Shown piece after piece: positions 12,612 through 25,201 of a DNA stretch of 64,000 nucleotides. Position 1 is the first letter of the stretch. Each line of letters begins with the position of its first letter. Origin of the DNA: Mobula hypostoma (lineage: Eukaryota). The notes below the pieces were generated by a model that was not told the origin of the DNA, did not search any database, and saw nothing but the letters and a program-made list of their open reading frames with translations. Made by a program: the position numbers and the translations under genes. The stretch spans positions 63,304,001-63,368,000 of the forward strand of contig NC_086097.1 in the NCBI RefSeq assembly GCF_963921235.1, written 5' to 3'.

Positions 12612-15050
12612 GACACAACAGATTCAGCAGGTGCCTGAAATCTTGAGCAACACACACTAATGCTGGAGGACCTCAGCAGGTTAGACAGTATCTATGGAGG
12701 GAGATTAACATTCGGTGGGAGCAGAAGCTAGAGAGAGAAAGTGGGGAGGGGGAGGAGCTCAAGCTGGCACGTGGTGGTTGAGAGAAGATGAGGGGAAAGA
12801 TAGGTGGGTGGGGTAGGGTGGATGAAAGGGATCAATGTGAGAAGTTAGGAGATGAGAGCTGTGGTCCATGTGAGTGCAGACAATTGCAGTGTTGTCATCG
12901 CCTAGCAGACTAACCTCTACCTTTCTGAGGCCAGACAGCAGCTCCCAGACTCCTCCTCTTACCTACCCCTTAACCAGTACCCAACCGAGGAGCAAAAGGC
13001 TATTGTCTCCATACCATCACCAACATCATCACCTCTGAAGATCTCCTATCTACAGCTTCCATTCTCATAGTTCTCCTACCACATACTGAAAATCCACAGA
13101 CTTAACTGCCCAGTAGGCCCACTACTTCTGCCTTCTCCTGCCCCACCTCAACTCTTGTAACCACAGAAACACATGTTATCCGTCACTTCAACAACTTTCA
13201 GTTCCCTGGCCCTATTGTGTTTATTATTGAGGGATAGTGCAGAGCACACCAGGACCCCAGCATGCAGGATACTTAACTGAACTTTATTGATAACTCTGCT
13301 TGTACAGTATGTGAACTCCTCCCATGTGGGAGTGGCTAACTGAGTGGCATAGAAATAACACTATTAACTTCCTAATTGCTTTATTTCCATTATGTGCTTT
13401 CAGTCCCTGTACACTTCAATGCCCCATCAGGAAGACATTAATGCCCTCTGCTTCTTTCTAGACAATAGCCCTAACCAGTTCTACTCCACCACCACCCTCC
13501 TCCATCTGGCAGAACTGGTACTTACCCTTATCAATTTCCTCCCACTTTCTCCAAACCAAAGGTGTAATCATGGGCATTCAGGTGGGCCCCAGCTATACCT
13601 GCCTTCTTGTCACCTGTGTGGAATAGCCATGGTCCCAGCCTACACTGATAATGCCCACAAATCTTTCCCTTGTACATTGATGACTGCATTGGTGATGTTT
13701 CCTGCATTCATGCCAGCCTCGTTAAATTAATCAACTTTGCCTCCAACTTACACCCTGCCATCAAATTTACTTGGTCCATCTCTGACACCTCTGTCCACTT
13801 TGATTTCTTTGTCTTCATCTCCAGAGACAGATTATCTACCAATATCTTTGAGTTGTAGCGTCAAACCCACTGGCTCCCACAGTTATTTTGACGGCACCTC
13901 TTCCCACCCTGTCACTTGTAAAAATGCTACTTCTTTCTTTCGGTTCCTTCACCTCCACCACATTTGTTCTTAGGATGAGGCTTTCCATGTCAGGACATCT
14001 AAAATGTCCTTTTTTTAGGAAAACAGGGCTTCTTTCCACCATTATCAATGCTGGCCTCTCCAGTATCTCCTTATTTCCTGCTCATTTGCCCTCACCCCCT
14101 TTCCCATGAGCCTCCACATTCAACATATCTTATTGCACCACGTCCAGGATACAACCACCAGGTATATCTTTCCCCTCCCACCCCCTCCGTTTTCCACAGG
14201 GATCACTCTCTCAGAGGCTCTGTTATCTATTCATCCCTCTCCACCAATCTCCCACCTGCTACTTATCCCTGCAAACATGTTAAGTGCTACACTTGCCCCT
14301 ACACCCTCTTCCTCACCAATGTTCAGGGCCCTAGAAGTCCTCCCAGGTAAGGTGATGCTTCACCCTCGAGTTGTTATTGCACCCAGTGTTCCTGGTGCAG
14401 CTCCACCACATTAGTGAGACCTGACACAGACTGGGGGAGCACTTCTTCAAGCACCTTCACTTCGCCTACCACAACAGCTAGGATCTCCTAGTGGCCACCC
14501 ATTTCAATTCCACTTCCCATTTTCACATTGACACAATGAGGCCAAATGCAGGCTGAAAGAGCCACACCTCAAAATTCTGTCTTGTTATCCCAACCCTATG
14601 GCATGAACATTGATTTCTCTAACTTCCAATAACGATTTCTCTCTGTTTCCCCCCAGCCCATTTGTTTTCCCTGGGTGGCCCGCTCATCCCTTCTCTTCAC
14701 TTCTCCCACCCTTATTACCTGCCCCCCCGGTTTCCCACTTTCCTCCCTTTATTTCACAGTCCACTGTCCTCTCCTATCAGATTCCTTCTTCAGCCCTTTA
14801 CCTTTTCCGCCTATCACCTCCTGGCTTCTCACATCACTCCGTTTTAACTGTTCCCCCACCCATCTACCTTCCCCCTCACCTGGACTCACCTATCACCTGT
14901 CAGCTTGTGCTTCACCCCCTCCCTCGACCTTTCAATTCTGTCTTTTGTCTCCTTCCATTCCAGTCCTAATGAAGGGTTTTGGCCCAAGAAGTTAACTGTT
15001 CATTTCCCTGATGCCTGATCTGCCGAGTTCCTCCAACATATTGTATGTGC
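12612..15050 (+). mobile_element. Decayed Penelope-like element with inverted 5' tail copy
   Basis: SLYTSMPHQE, YIDDCIG, KPTGSHSY RT motifs and GIY-YIG remnants on +; tail with degenerate hammerhead at about 14961-14998; inverted tail copy at about 12612-12850. Confidence 0.85.
13216..13360. repeat. Small solo-LTR-like insertion in the Penelope element
   Basis: TG...CA ends, 4-bp flanking repeat ctat, interrupts Penelope RT sequence. Confidence 0.4.
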
Positions 15051-15494
15051 GTTGAACTTCTAAACCAAATATCCTACCAGTTTATTTCTTGCACATTACA
15101 ATTCCCTTTTGTGCTTGATCCTTGAATTGGCCTGGTCATTACTGCACTGATATGCAGTAAAGCCACTTGAAAATGCAAGCCTTATTCATTTCTCAAGGAC
15201 GTAGGTTAAAGAAAAAACTAGGACTAGGCAGTTGTGTCACGTGCGTCTTATGATAACATATGTCACAGTTCTTATAGATGAAGATTCTCCTTAGTTTCCA
15301 ACCAGTTTCTGAATCATTTAAAGCCAGTGAAAACCAGAAAATCAAATTTCATCCTCTTCTGGCACTCAGTGAAATAGACAGCATTGATCTTTACTTAATT
15401 TTATTGATACATTAAAAATGGATTATGGGACAAGTAAGGTAACTCATTATTTCAGAAAGCAACAATTTTGGGAAATAGTCTGGTGCAACCAAAA

Positions 15495-16370
15495 GCATAA
15501 CAGCATAAGGCTAACTGGCCCATCCAATCCATGCCAGGTTGCTGTACAGTAACCAGTCAGTCCCATTCACCTGCTCCATGATCATAACCCAGAAAATTTC
15601 CCTCAAGTACAGATCCAACTTCCTTATGAGAAGAAAGATCATACTTACTTTCACTCACTTCCGAGACAGCCAATTTCAGGCCCTTACCATTCACTGAGTA
15701 AAGAAAATTCTTCTTTGTAGCACCTCTCTCTTATATCTTTTGCCTCAGTACTTACTGTAAATCTTATTGCCCTCGACCTTGAATCATGAACTAATTTCTA
15801 AATTCAGCTTTCCTGTGTCTACCTGTCATAATCATGTAGGCTTCTAACTAATTACCCTTTGCTCCAAGGAAAACAACCCACGCTTTTCCAATTTAACATT
15901 GAACCTCAACGCATGCTTCCTGAAGTCATTCTGGTAAATCCCCTCACCTTTATCTCCTCATCCCTATTTACGAAGCCAAAGATCCCACAACACAACATTT
16001 GCTAATTGCTCTACCACTGTCAAAGATTTATTCATATGAACCTATTTACAGGTCTGTTGCTGCAAATGCTTTATATCTATGCTCAGAAGTCTATATGTTC
16101 TTTCTCCAACCTTTTATCTAAATGCATCATTTCACATTTTTCTATCACTTACCTGTCTAGTTTGCTAGCCTCTCTGAGTTCTCTTGCAGTCAAATGGTTC
16201 TTCCTCCTTTTTGTTGCAGAAGTTGGTATCATCAGCAAACTTTGAAGTGTTATTTTGCATCCCAATATCCAAGTCATTAATAGATATACAATAATAGATC
16301 AAAGCAGTGGTCTTTTCACTGGTCCTTGAGAACACCACTGTTTACCATCCTTCATTCTGATACATGTCTC
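15495..16370 (-). mobile_element. Old CR1 LINE fragment
   Basis: Reverse-complement KFADDT remnant (gtatcatcagcaaacttt) and CR1 3' end. Confidence 0.65.
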
Positions 16371-17388
16371 CATGACATGCTGTTTTCTGTCTTCACCCAA
16401 GCTTGGATTCAAAGTCAAAGTCAATTTATTATCAAACTACATACATTACCATATACTACTTTGAGATTCATTTTCTTTCAGGCATTTACAAGAATCCATG
16501 AAAAATTATACATAAACAAAGACTGACAAACAACCAGTGTGCAAAAGAAGGTAAACTGTGCAAATAAAAAAAAATAATTAATACTGAGAAAATGAGTTGT
16601 GATATTTGAAAGTTAGTCTGTAGTTTACGAAATCAGTTCAGAGTTGTAGTGAGTGAAGTTAACCACAGCAGTTCAGAATCCTGTAGGATAATAACTGTTC
16701 CTGAAACATATATCTGAAAAAAATTGTCTTACACCGATCAAACAAATTAATTCATTACAACAGTGTATTGAGGTAGTAAAGGTTAAAACTATCACATAAT
16801 GCAGAATAAAGAATTACAGTTACAGAAAAAGAATAGTTAGACGATAAGGCGCTGTCATAATGACATAGATTGTGATGTCAAGAGTCCAATTATTGTACTT
16901 GGAAACCATTCAGTAGTTTTACAGCAACAGGATAGAAGCTGTCCTTGAGCCTGGTGGTACATGCTGTCAAGCTTTTGTATCTTCTGCCCGATGTAAGGGA
17001 AGAGCTGAGAGGAAGTCTTCAATTACTCTGGCAGCAAGTAGTACACACAGAGTCTGTAGGGGGAAGACTGGTTTCCATGGCATATGAAGCTGAGATCACC
17101 ACTCTCCATAGTTTCTGGTAGTCACAGGCAGAACAGTTGCCATTACCAAGCCCCAGTGCACTCAGAGAGGATGCTTTCTATGATGCAACAATAAACATCA
17201 GTGAGGTACAACAGGAACAAGCCAAATTTCTTTAGCCACCTGAAGAGGTAGAGGCATTGATGAGCTTTCTTAGCCATCGACATGCTTGGACCAGGACAGG
17301 CTAGTTATGATGTTCACTCTTAGGAACTTGAAACTCTCAACCCTGTTTACCTCAGAACTGTTGACGTAAACAGAAGGATGTGTATCAA

Positions 17389-18078
17389 CACGCTGGAGGA
17401 ACTCAGCAGGTCGGGCAGCATCCGTGGAAACGATCAGTCAACGTTTCGGGCCAGAACCCTTCGTCAGGACTGAAGAGGAAAGGGGCAGAGGCCCTATAAA
17501 GAAGGTGGGGGGAGTGTGGGAAGGAGAAGACCGGGAGGTTCCAGGTGAAAAACCAGTAAGGGGAAAGATAAAGGGGTGGGGAAGGGAGGCAGGGAGGGGA
17601 TAGGCAGGAAATGTGAAGAAGGAATAGGGGAAAGCACAATGGGTAGTAGAAGGAGGCGGAACCATGAGGGAGGTAATAGGCAACTGGGGGAGAGGGCAGA
17701 GTGAAAGTGGGACAGGGGAAGGGAGGGGGAGGGAATTCTACTACTACTACCTCTTCTACTACACCTCCTTCTACTACCCATTGTGTTTTCCCCTATTCCT
17801 TCTTCACCTTTCCTGTCTATCCCCTCCCTGCCTCCCTTCCCCACCCCTTTATCTTTCTCCTTACTGGTTTTTCACCTGGCACCTACCAGCCTTCTCCTTC
17901 CCACCCTCCCTCCACCTTCTTTATAGGGCCTCTGCCCCTTCCCTCTTCAGTCCTGCCAAAGGGTTCCGGCCCAAAACGTTGACTGATCATTTCCACAGAT
18001 GCTGCCCGACCTGCTGAGTTCCTTCAGTGTGTTGTGAGTGTTGCTTTGACCCCAGCATCTGCAGAGTATTTTGTGTTT
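17389..18078. mobile_element. Penelope tail inserted as a head-to-head inverted duplication
   Basis: 17389-17736 (-) and about 17763-18078 (+) are inverted copies; 14-bp TSD aggatgtgtatcaa at 17375-17388 and 18079-18092. Confidence 0.9.
17434..17473 (-). ncRNA. Minimal type I hammerhead ribozyme motif, intact core
   Basis: Minus strand tcagtc-CTGACGA-a-ggg(ttctgg)ccc-GAAA-cg-TT-gactga: 6-bp stem I, palindrome AACGTT. Confidence 0.78.
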
Positions 18079-18856
18079 AGGATGTGTATCAATGTCCTTC
18101 CTGAAGTCAATGACCAACTCTTTTGTCTTGCTGACATAGAGGGAAAGGTTGTTGTCATCATATCACCACATCAGTATGCTCTCTGTCTAGAAGTGGATTT
18201 CATGTGAGCACAAAGATAAAATCAAATATTTGTAATCTCTAATCACTTAATATGTTCTTCTTTTCACAGACAAACCCTTGGGATTGAGGGTCACTTCTTT
18301 TACACTGTTTAAGCGGCTTCTGTGGTGACTAATGAGGCCAAAGTGGAAAATGGAGATCTTCCACAGAGATGGCAGGGGATGGTTGATGGGAAGCACGAGT
18401 GGGGTACTATGTAAGGAGATATTCTTCTTCTGCCACCCACACTGACCGGTCACTATGTGTAAACATTTCTCAAGATCATCCAAAATGATTTTCTCATGAA
18501 ATTAATGAGGCAGAAGTTGTCAGGAGTAAGTGGAGATATCACGATTCTTCAAGCAAGCTATATTACCATTTACTCTTATCATCTAAATTTCCCAATTAAT
18601 AGACTTTAAAGTGTTTGAAATTAATAACTTAATTAACTTACCAATAAATCTAATTCAAATTTATGACCATGTTCAGAACCAAGTCTTGACATTGATTCTT
18701 CCTGTTTTTTGCTGCTATCATTTCTTCTTCAGACAAAACAGAAAATACGGCAGATCAGATAGCATCTGTGGAAAGAGAAACAGAGGTAATGTTTAACATC
18801 TGTCTTTGCATTGGATTCCTAGCTTTCCAGTTTTTAATTTCTAATTATGTAGAACT

Positions 18857-19097
18857 AATTGGGCACATGTTGGGCACGTGGCCAAGTGGTTAAGGCATTC
18901 GTCTAGTGATCTGAAGGTCGCTAGTTTGAGCCTCAGCTGTGGCAGCGTGTTTGTGTCCTTGAGCAAGGCACTTAACCACACATTGCTCTAGTGTCTGTGC
19001 GAGGCGCCCCACACAGACTTCCAATCTGCGCCTTGTAAGGCATGAAAATGCCCGATGCAGGCCCCTCATGGTCTGAGTTGACGTTCCCTCCCTCCCC
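18857..19097 (+). mobile_element. tRNA-derived SINE
   Basis: A-box tggccaagtgg, degenerate B-box gtttgagcc, CORE-like ccttgagcaaggcacttaacc, (ccct)n tail; 11-bp TSD tatgtagaact at 18846-18856 and 19098-19108. Confidence 0.85.
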
Positions 19098-22000
19098 TAT
19101 GTAGAACTCCAGCAGGTTTTATGTTTTTCCCATTTATTATGCCTATTCCATCAAATAATGGCAACAAAGTGCACAATGAAAAGAGAGATGCCTTCAACAC
19201 ATTATTGTATATTCACTTGCACAATTTAATTTTGGTGAAACAAAAGCGTATATATGTTCATTGTGTTGCAGCCTTGCCTTCATATGAACCGTGAGACTGG
19301 AGTCAATGGGCCAGATGGCAAGATTTCAGTTATTCAAAGTGCTCTGTCGGAAATCCTGCCATCTTGTAAAAGCGCTGTGTACTTTGCACTTTTGTCTTCT
19401 TTACAGGAGAAACAAATGAAACCATTTCTCAAAGGAAGTCATTGTCTGATATATCAGGGAACATGAGACAGGGCAATTTGATAAGTGGATGAGAAAATCC
19501 ATTAGTGAAGAAATTTTAACTTCCAGAGCTAAGGGAATGATTGGCCCTGAGATGGAGGTCAGTGAGGTGTTAAACTTGAGTAGATAGCACAAGTCCGTGA
19601 TTGTCTCCCCTTGGCAATATAGTGACACAGCCAGTTCATTTCTGCTGTAGTTATATTTATCTTTTCCTTTCTGTCACTACCATACAAAGTTCCTTCCATG
19701 AGATTTGAGGTTTCACTGATTTTGCTTCCTATATACCAACCAAAAAACATAGATTTTCTACTGGCCAGGTAGAATTTGATAGTGGAAAGGAACTTGTAAG
19801 GACTATTTGACCAGAAACATTAACTGTTTCTGTCTCCACAGGCGTTATCAGATCAGTTCTTTCCAACATTTTCTATTTTTTTTAAGATTTCCAGTGTCTG
19901 CTGTATTTTGTTTTTCTTTTCCTTCTATCATGTGTGATTTTGGTCATTGTTGGCCTTATCCCTAACCTAGCTCTTTGTCAACATCTGTAGTGTTTTTAGC
20001 ATTGCTATGAGGTATGCGTGTCTGATGAAACTCTGAAAGTGAACACCGTAATGAGATCAAATAATCCAGTGGCTTTAAGAGAGCCAGATTTCCAAATACC
20101 CAGAGCAGATGGTGAGTGGGTGCGTGGCATTTCTAACAACAATCACCATAACCTCAAAAGAAAAATTATGTAGGCATGATTGCATTGTTTTGTTATGAAG
20201 CAGGAGTTATAAGCACAAAAGAGAGATCTCAAGCATTAAAGTGGGAATGAAACCTAGCATAGTATGGACAATAGGTAGACTTTACCAGCTGTAACTTCAC
20301 TACAAGCATTTTTTATTGACAAAGCAAAATGAAGGCCTAAGTGGAAAAAAAAATATGCAGCCTGTTAAAGGAGGAGGCGGAAAATAAATTATATCTAAAC
20401 CAATTTTAAAATGCAAAGGAGAAAGCAACAAAGGGGGAATCGGGGGGAGGTGACTGTAGTTCAGAGGTGGAGCAGGAATTCATTTAAAAATGATAAATGG
20501 GATGGATGCAACACAACGCTGATGAGAAGAGGGACTGAAACAGGACAAGCCGAGGAAGACCACAAATTAATGCTGAGTAAAAGTCTGAGCATTAATCATC
20601 ACCTGCTTTTCAGAAAAACAAATTTCCAGCAATCTGAGCAGCCACACTCTGTCCATGTCCAGCATTCTAAGATATCGTTGTGAAAGCAATAAAAACCATG
20701 TACTATAACAATTACTAAACCATCCACTTTCAAAAAGAAATTATGGCAATTGGACAAACAAGAATCCTTCACATCGTATGAATGTCAAAGTTATGAAAGT
20801 ATGTGTATGTCTCCATTTACTATGTTGAGATTCATTTTCTTGCAGACATTTACAAGAAAATAAGGAAATAGATTTGAGGTGGGTGAAGTTATGCATATTG
20901 CTCAGAAACCTGATGATTGTAGGGTAATAATTGTTCCTGAATCTGGTAGTGTGGGTCCTAAGACTTCTGTCCCTCCTACCTGAAGATGGCAGTGAGAAGA
21001 GAGCATGACCTGGATGGTGGTGGCCCTTGATGATGAACGCTGTTCTCTTGTGGCACCGCACCATGTAAATTGGCTCAAAGCTTGGAAGGGCTTTGCTTAT
21101 GACAGACTGGGCTGTGCCCACCACTTCTCCATTCTTAGGCATTGGTGTGTCCATCCCAGGCTGTGATGCAACCCATTAGGATACTCTCCACTGTGCATCT
21201 ATAGAAGTTTGTCAAAGTTTTAGGTGAAATGTTGAATCTACACAAATGTCTAAGAGTGTAGAGGCACGGTTATGTCTTCTTTGTAAAGGCACTTACATGC
21301 TGGATCTAGGACAGAGGTTCTGATATAATAACACAGAACATAGAAGAGCACAGAACAGGAGAGGTTATTCAGCCCAGAGTGTTGTGCCAAACCAGCTAAA
21401 AATTAAATTTAAAACACCTATACACTAATCCCTCATACCAACACCATGTCCATATCCCACCATCTTCCTCACATCCATGTGATGCCTCCAGTGGATGCCT
21501 CCAAAAAGCCTCTAATGTATTTGGTTCTACCGTCATACCAGGCATCCACCACTCTCTGAATAAAAAGCTTACCCCTCACATCTCCCTTGAACCAACCCCC
21601 TCTCACCTTTAATGCATGCCCTCTGGTATTTGACATTTCAACCCTGGGAAAAAGATACTCCCTGTCTACCCCATCTATGCCTCGCATAATCTTATAAACC
21701 TGGATCAGATCTCCCCTCAGCCTTCAAAGCTCCAGAGAAAACAATCCAAGTTTATCCAGCCTCTCATGATAGACATGCCCTCTAAGCCAGACAGCATCCT
21801 AGTAAACCTCCTCTGCGCCCTCCCTAAACCTTCAATAACCTTCTTTTAATGAGGTTACCAGAACTGTACGCAATACTCCAGATGTGGTCTAAACAGAGTT
21901 TTATAAATTTGCAACATTACCTCCTGACTTTTGAACTCAATGCCTCAACTAATAAGAGCAAGCATTTTATAAGCCTTCTTAACCATCTTATTAAATTGTG

Positions 22001-22184
22001 TAGCCATTTTCATGGAGCTATGGGCTTGGACCCCAAGATCTCTCTGCTCAGCAACACTGTTAGGAGTCTTGCCATTAAAATTAACAATGTATCCTTGCAT
22101 TTACCCTACCAAGGTGACGCACCTCACATTTACCTGGGTTAAATTCCATCTGCCATTTGTCAGTCCATATCTGCAACTGATCTA

Positions 22185-25100
22185 CAGTGCCTATAAAAAG
22201 TATTCACACTCCCCCCAGAAAATTTCATCTTTTATTGCTTTGCAACATTGAAGCACAATGGATTTAATTTGGCTTTTTTTTACACTGATCAACAGAAAAA
22301 GACTTTTGTGTCAGAGTAAAAACAGATCTCTACAAAGTGATCTAAATTAATTACAAACATAAGACACAAAATAATTGATTGCATAAGTATCCCACTCCCC
22401 TTTTATATAATACATCAAATCATCACTAGAGCAGCCAATTGGTTTTAGAAGTCACATAGTTAGGTAAGATGTCCAAGCTATATATAAACTTGTGTGCAGT
22501 CAAGGTGTTTCAATTGATTGTAGTAAAAATACACCTGTATCTAGAAGGTCCAACTGCTGGTGAGTTAGTATCCTGGCAAAAATTACACCATCAAGATAAA
22601 AAAAAATTACAAGCAACTCCACAAATAAGTTATTGAAAAGCACAAGTCAGGAGATGGATAGAGGAAAACTTCCAAGTCACTGAATACCCTAGGAGCACAG
22701 ACAATTCAATCATCAAGAAATGGAAAGAATATGGCACAGCTGTAAATCTGCCTGAAGCAGGTCAGCCTCAAAAACTGAGTGACCATACAAGAAGGGGACT
22801 AGTGAGGGAGGCCACCAGGAGACCTATGACAATTCTGCAGGAGTTACAAACTTGAGTGGTTGAGATAGAAGAGACTGCACATAAAATAACTGGTGCCAGG
22901 GTGCTTCACCAGTTACAGCTTTATGGGAGAGAGACAAAGAGAAAGACACTTCTGAAAAAAGCTCACAAGAAACCTCAGCTGGAGTTTGCCAGATTGCCTG
23001 TGGGAGACTCTGAAGTCAGCTGGAAGAAAATTCTTGTCATGGTCCAGATCGGGGTCTCTTTAAATTTACTTTGTTTATGTTATGATCCGGACCGTTGACT
23101 CCCTGTTTCCCTTTGGTTCCCTGTTTTCCCGTGTCCCTCGGCCTTGGTGATTAGAGGCAACTTACTCTTGGCTGAACCAGTAGTTTACAGTCTCCGGCTT
23201 TCAGCTGTTCGACGCGAGAGCATCTGCAAATTCACCAAAGGTACGGCGTGCCAATGTCATCTGGCCGGAGCAAGCCTAGTCTCCGCCTGAAGCGAGTGCC
23301 GGTAATTCGCCTTTCCTCACCGGAGCAACCTTGTCAAGTTACCCCGCCAAAGCGAGCCTGCAAAGTTTCCTCATCGAGGTGGGTCTGTCAGTTAACCTGC
23401 CGGAGGGAATCAAGAACCGCTGTCTACTGTTCCCGGGCCGAGTCAAGAGCTCGCCACTACCTGGAGGCTCCAAGTCAAGTCCTGGCTCCGGGGGCATTCA
23501 AGTACCAGATCAAGTCCCATCCCTGGTGGCATCCAAGTTTCAAGTCAAGTCCTGGCCCTGGCGGTCTGTGATTCCTGTCCTACCCCCCTGTCTGAATCCC
23601 TTCTCTGCCTCTCTCGCCTCTAGCCCTCGTCTGCAGCCCCCGCCTGCACTTCGATCTAGTTCTATCGCCAGAGCTAGATAGGTACTGTCTGGTGTTCTTT
23701 CATGTTGTCTTGTCTTGTCCTCGCCTCCGTGAGGTAAGTCTGGCTGTCTTGCCGTGCCCCGCGGGAGGGTCATGTCTTGTCTTGTCTTGTCCTCGCCTCC
23801 GTGGTGGAAGTCAGGCCGTCTTGCCATTGCCCCGTGGGGGTCATGTTTTGTCTTGTCTTGTCCACGCCTCTGTGGGGGAAGTCAGGCCGTCTTGCCGTTG
23901 CCCCGCGGGGGGTCATGAGTCCCGGCCCTATGTTCTGTTCCCAAGGAGGGGTCCCAGCTCTCTGTTCTGTGTGTGAGTCCCGGCGCTATGTCCTGTACCC
24001 AAGGAGGGGTCCCGACTCTGTGTTCTGTGTATGTGTTCATGGTTCTATGTACCTACTCTCCCGAGACCGAGGCTCTGTTTTTCCATGTTCCTCCTCTCCC
24101 TAGCCCATGTCATGTCCATGCCTGGTTCTGAGGTCCAGGCCCAAGGCAAGACCCAGGTACTGGGTCCTTGCCCAGTCCCTGGCTCAGAGTCCATACCGTA
24201 GCCTCTTCATGTTGCCCCTTAGTTCTGGGATCCTATTCCGAGTCCTAGCCCAGACCCTTGTCCCAGCCTAGTCGTAGTCCTGAGTCCTTGACCAGTTCGC
24301 TATTCCTGCTTCTGCTTTGCTCTCTTGTAATCTAACAATAAGCTCAATTTACTTAACTTCACAAGATATGTCTTGCATTTGGGTCCACCCTTGCTCCCTA
24401 TGCCCCCCCACTGTGGCAATTCTCTGGTCTGATGAATCAAAATTGAGCTTTTCAGCCATCAGGCTAAACGCTATAACACTGCACGTCATCACAAACACAC
24501 CATCCCAACTGTGAAGCATAGTGATGGCTGCATCACGCTGTGGGGATGCTTCACTGCAGTAGACCCTGGAAGACTTGTGAAAGTAGAGGGTAAAATGAAT
24601 GCAGAAAAATACAGGGAATTCCTGGAGGAAAACTTGATGCGGTTTGCAAGAAAACTGCAACTTGGGAGAAGATGTGTTTTCCAGCAAGCCAATGACCCCA
24701 AGCATAAAGCCAAAGCTACTCAGGAATGGCTTAAAACCAACAAAGTGAAAGTCCGCGAGTGGCCAAGTCAGAGTCCAGACCTCAATCCAATTGAGAATTC
24801 GTGGCTGGACTTGAAAAGTCTGTACACTCATGATCCCCATACAATCTAACAAAGCTTGAACAGTTTTATAAAGAATAGGGAAAAATTGCAGTGTCCAGAT
24901 GTGCAAAGCTGATAGAGACCTATCCACACAGACTCAAGGCCATAATTGCTGCCAAAGTTGCATCTACTAAATACTGACTTGGAAAGGGTGAAGAGTGAGT
25001 AATTATGTACTCAATTATTTTTTGTTTAATAATTGTAATAAATTTAAACCAATTTGTAGAAATTCGTTTTCACTTCGACAAGAAAGAGTTTTTCTGTTGA

Positions 25101-25201
25101 TCAGTGTAAAAAAGCCAAATTAAATCCATTATGATTCAATGCTGTAAAGCAATAAAACATGAAAACTTCCAAGGGGGGTGTGAATACTTTCATAGGCACT
25201 G
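22185..25201 (+). mobile_element. Tc1-like DNA transposon (long TIRs), transposase disrupted
   Basis: TA|CAGTGCCTATAAAAAGTATTCAC...GTGAATACTTTCATAGGCACTG; about 220-bp TIRs; WSDE, FQQANDPKH, WPSQSPDLNPIEN motifs; stops, deletions and a solo-LTR insertion. Confidence 0.92.
23035..24418. repeat. Solo LTR (1384 bp) with internal tandem repeats, inserted in the Tc1 transposase
   Basis: TGTCAT...GTGGCA ends; 5-bp TSD attct at 23030-23034 and 24419-24423; three about 68-bp repeats at about 23700-23915. Confidence 0.82.

Larger units (their letters stand above)
16408..18185 (-). mobile_element. Rex1/Babar-type LINE 3' fragment, split by a Penelope insertion
   Basis: NVSKTKEL.IDFR, FKFL, KNSFYP-like remnants; (caaagt)n tail. 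Confidence 0.75.

Noticed and set aside
14961..14998. Hammerhead motifs at 14961-14998, 17947-17986 and about 62097-62135
   Set aside because: Core nucleotides mutated (CUGA or GAAA lost); treated as inactive relics
18872..18945. tRNA gene
   Set aside because: Degenerate B-box, continues into a SINE body and tail with TSD
18255..19600. Strong splice-acceptor-like sites at about 18269 and 19406
   Set aside because: Downstream frames hit stops and resemble no protein I recognise; not supportable as coding exons
23700..24030. CRISPR-like repeat array
   Set aside because: Contiguous tandem units without unique spacers, inside a solo LTR, in a eukaryotic context with no cas genes
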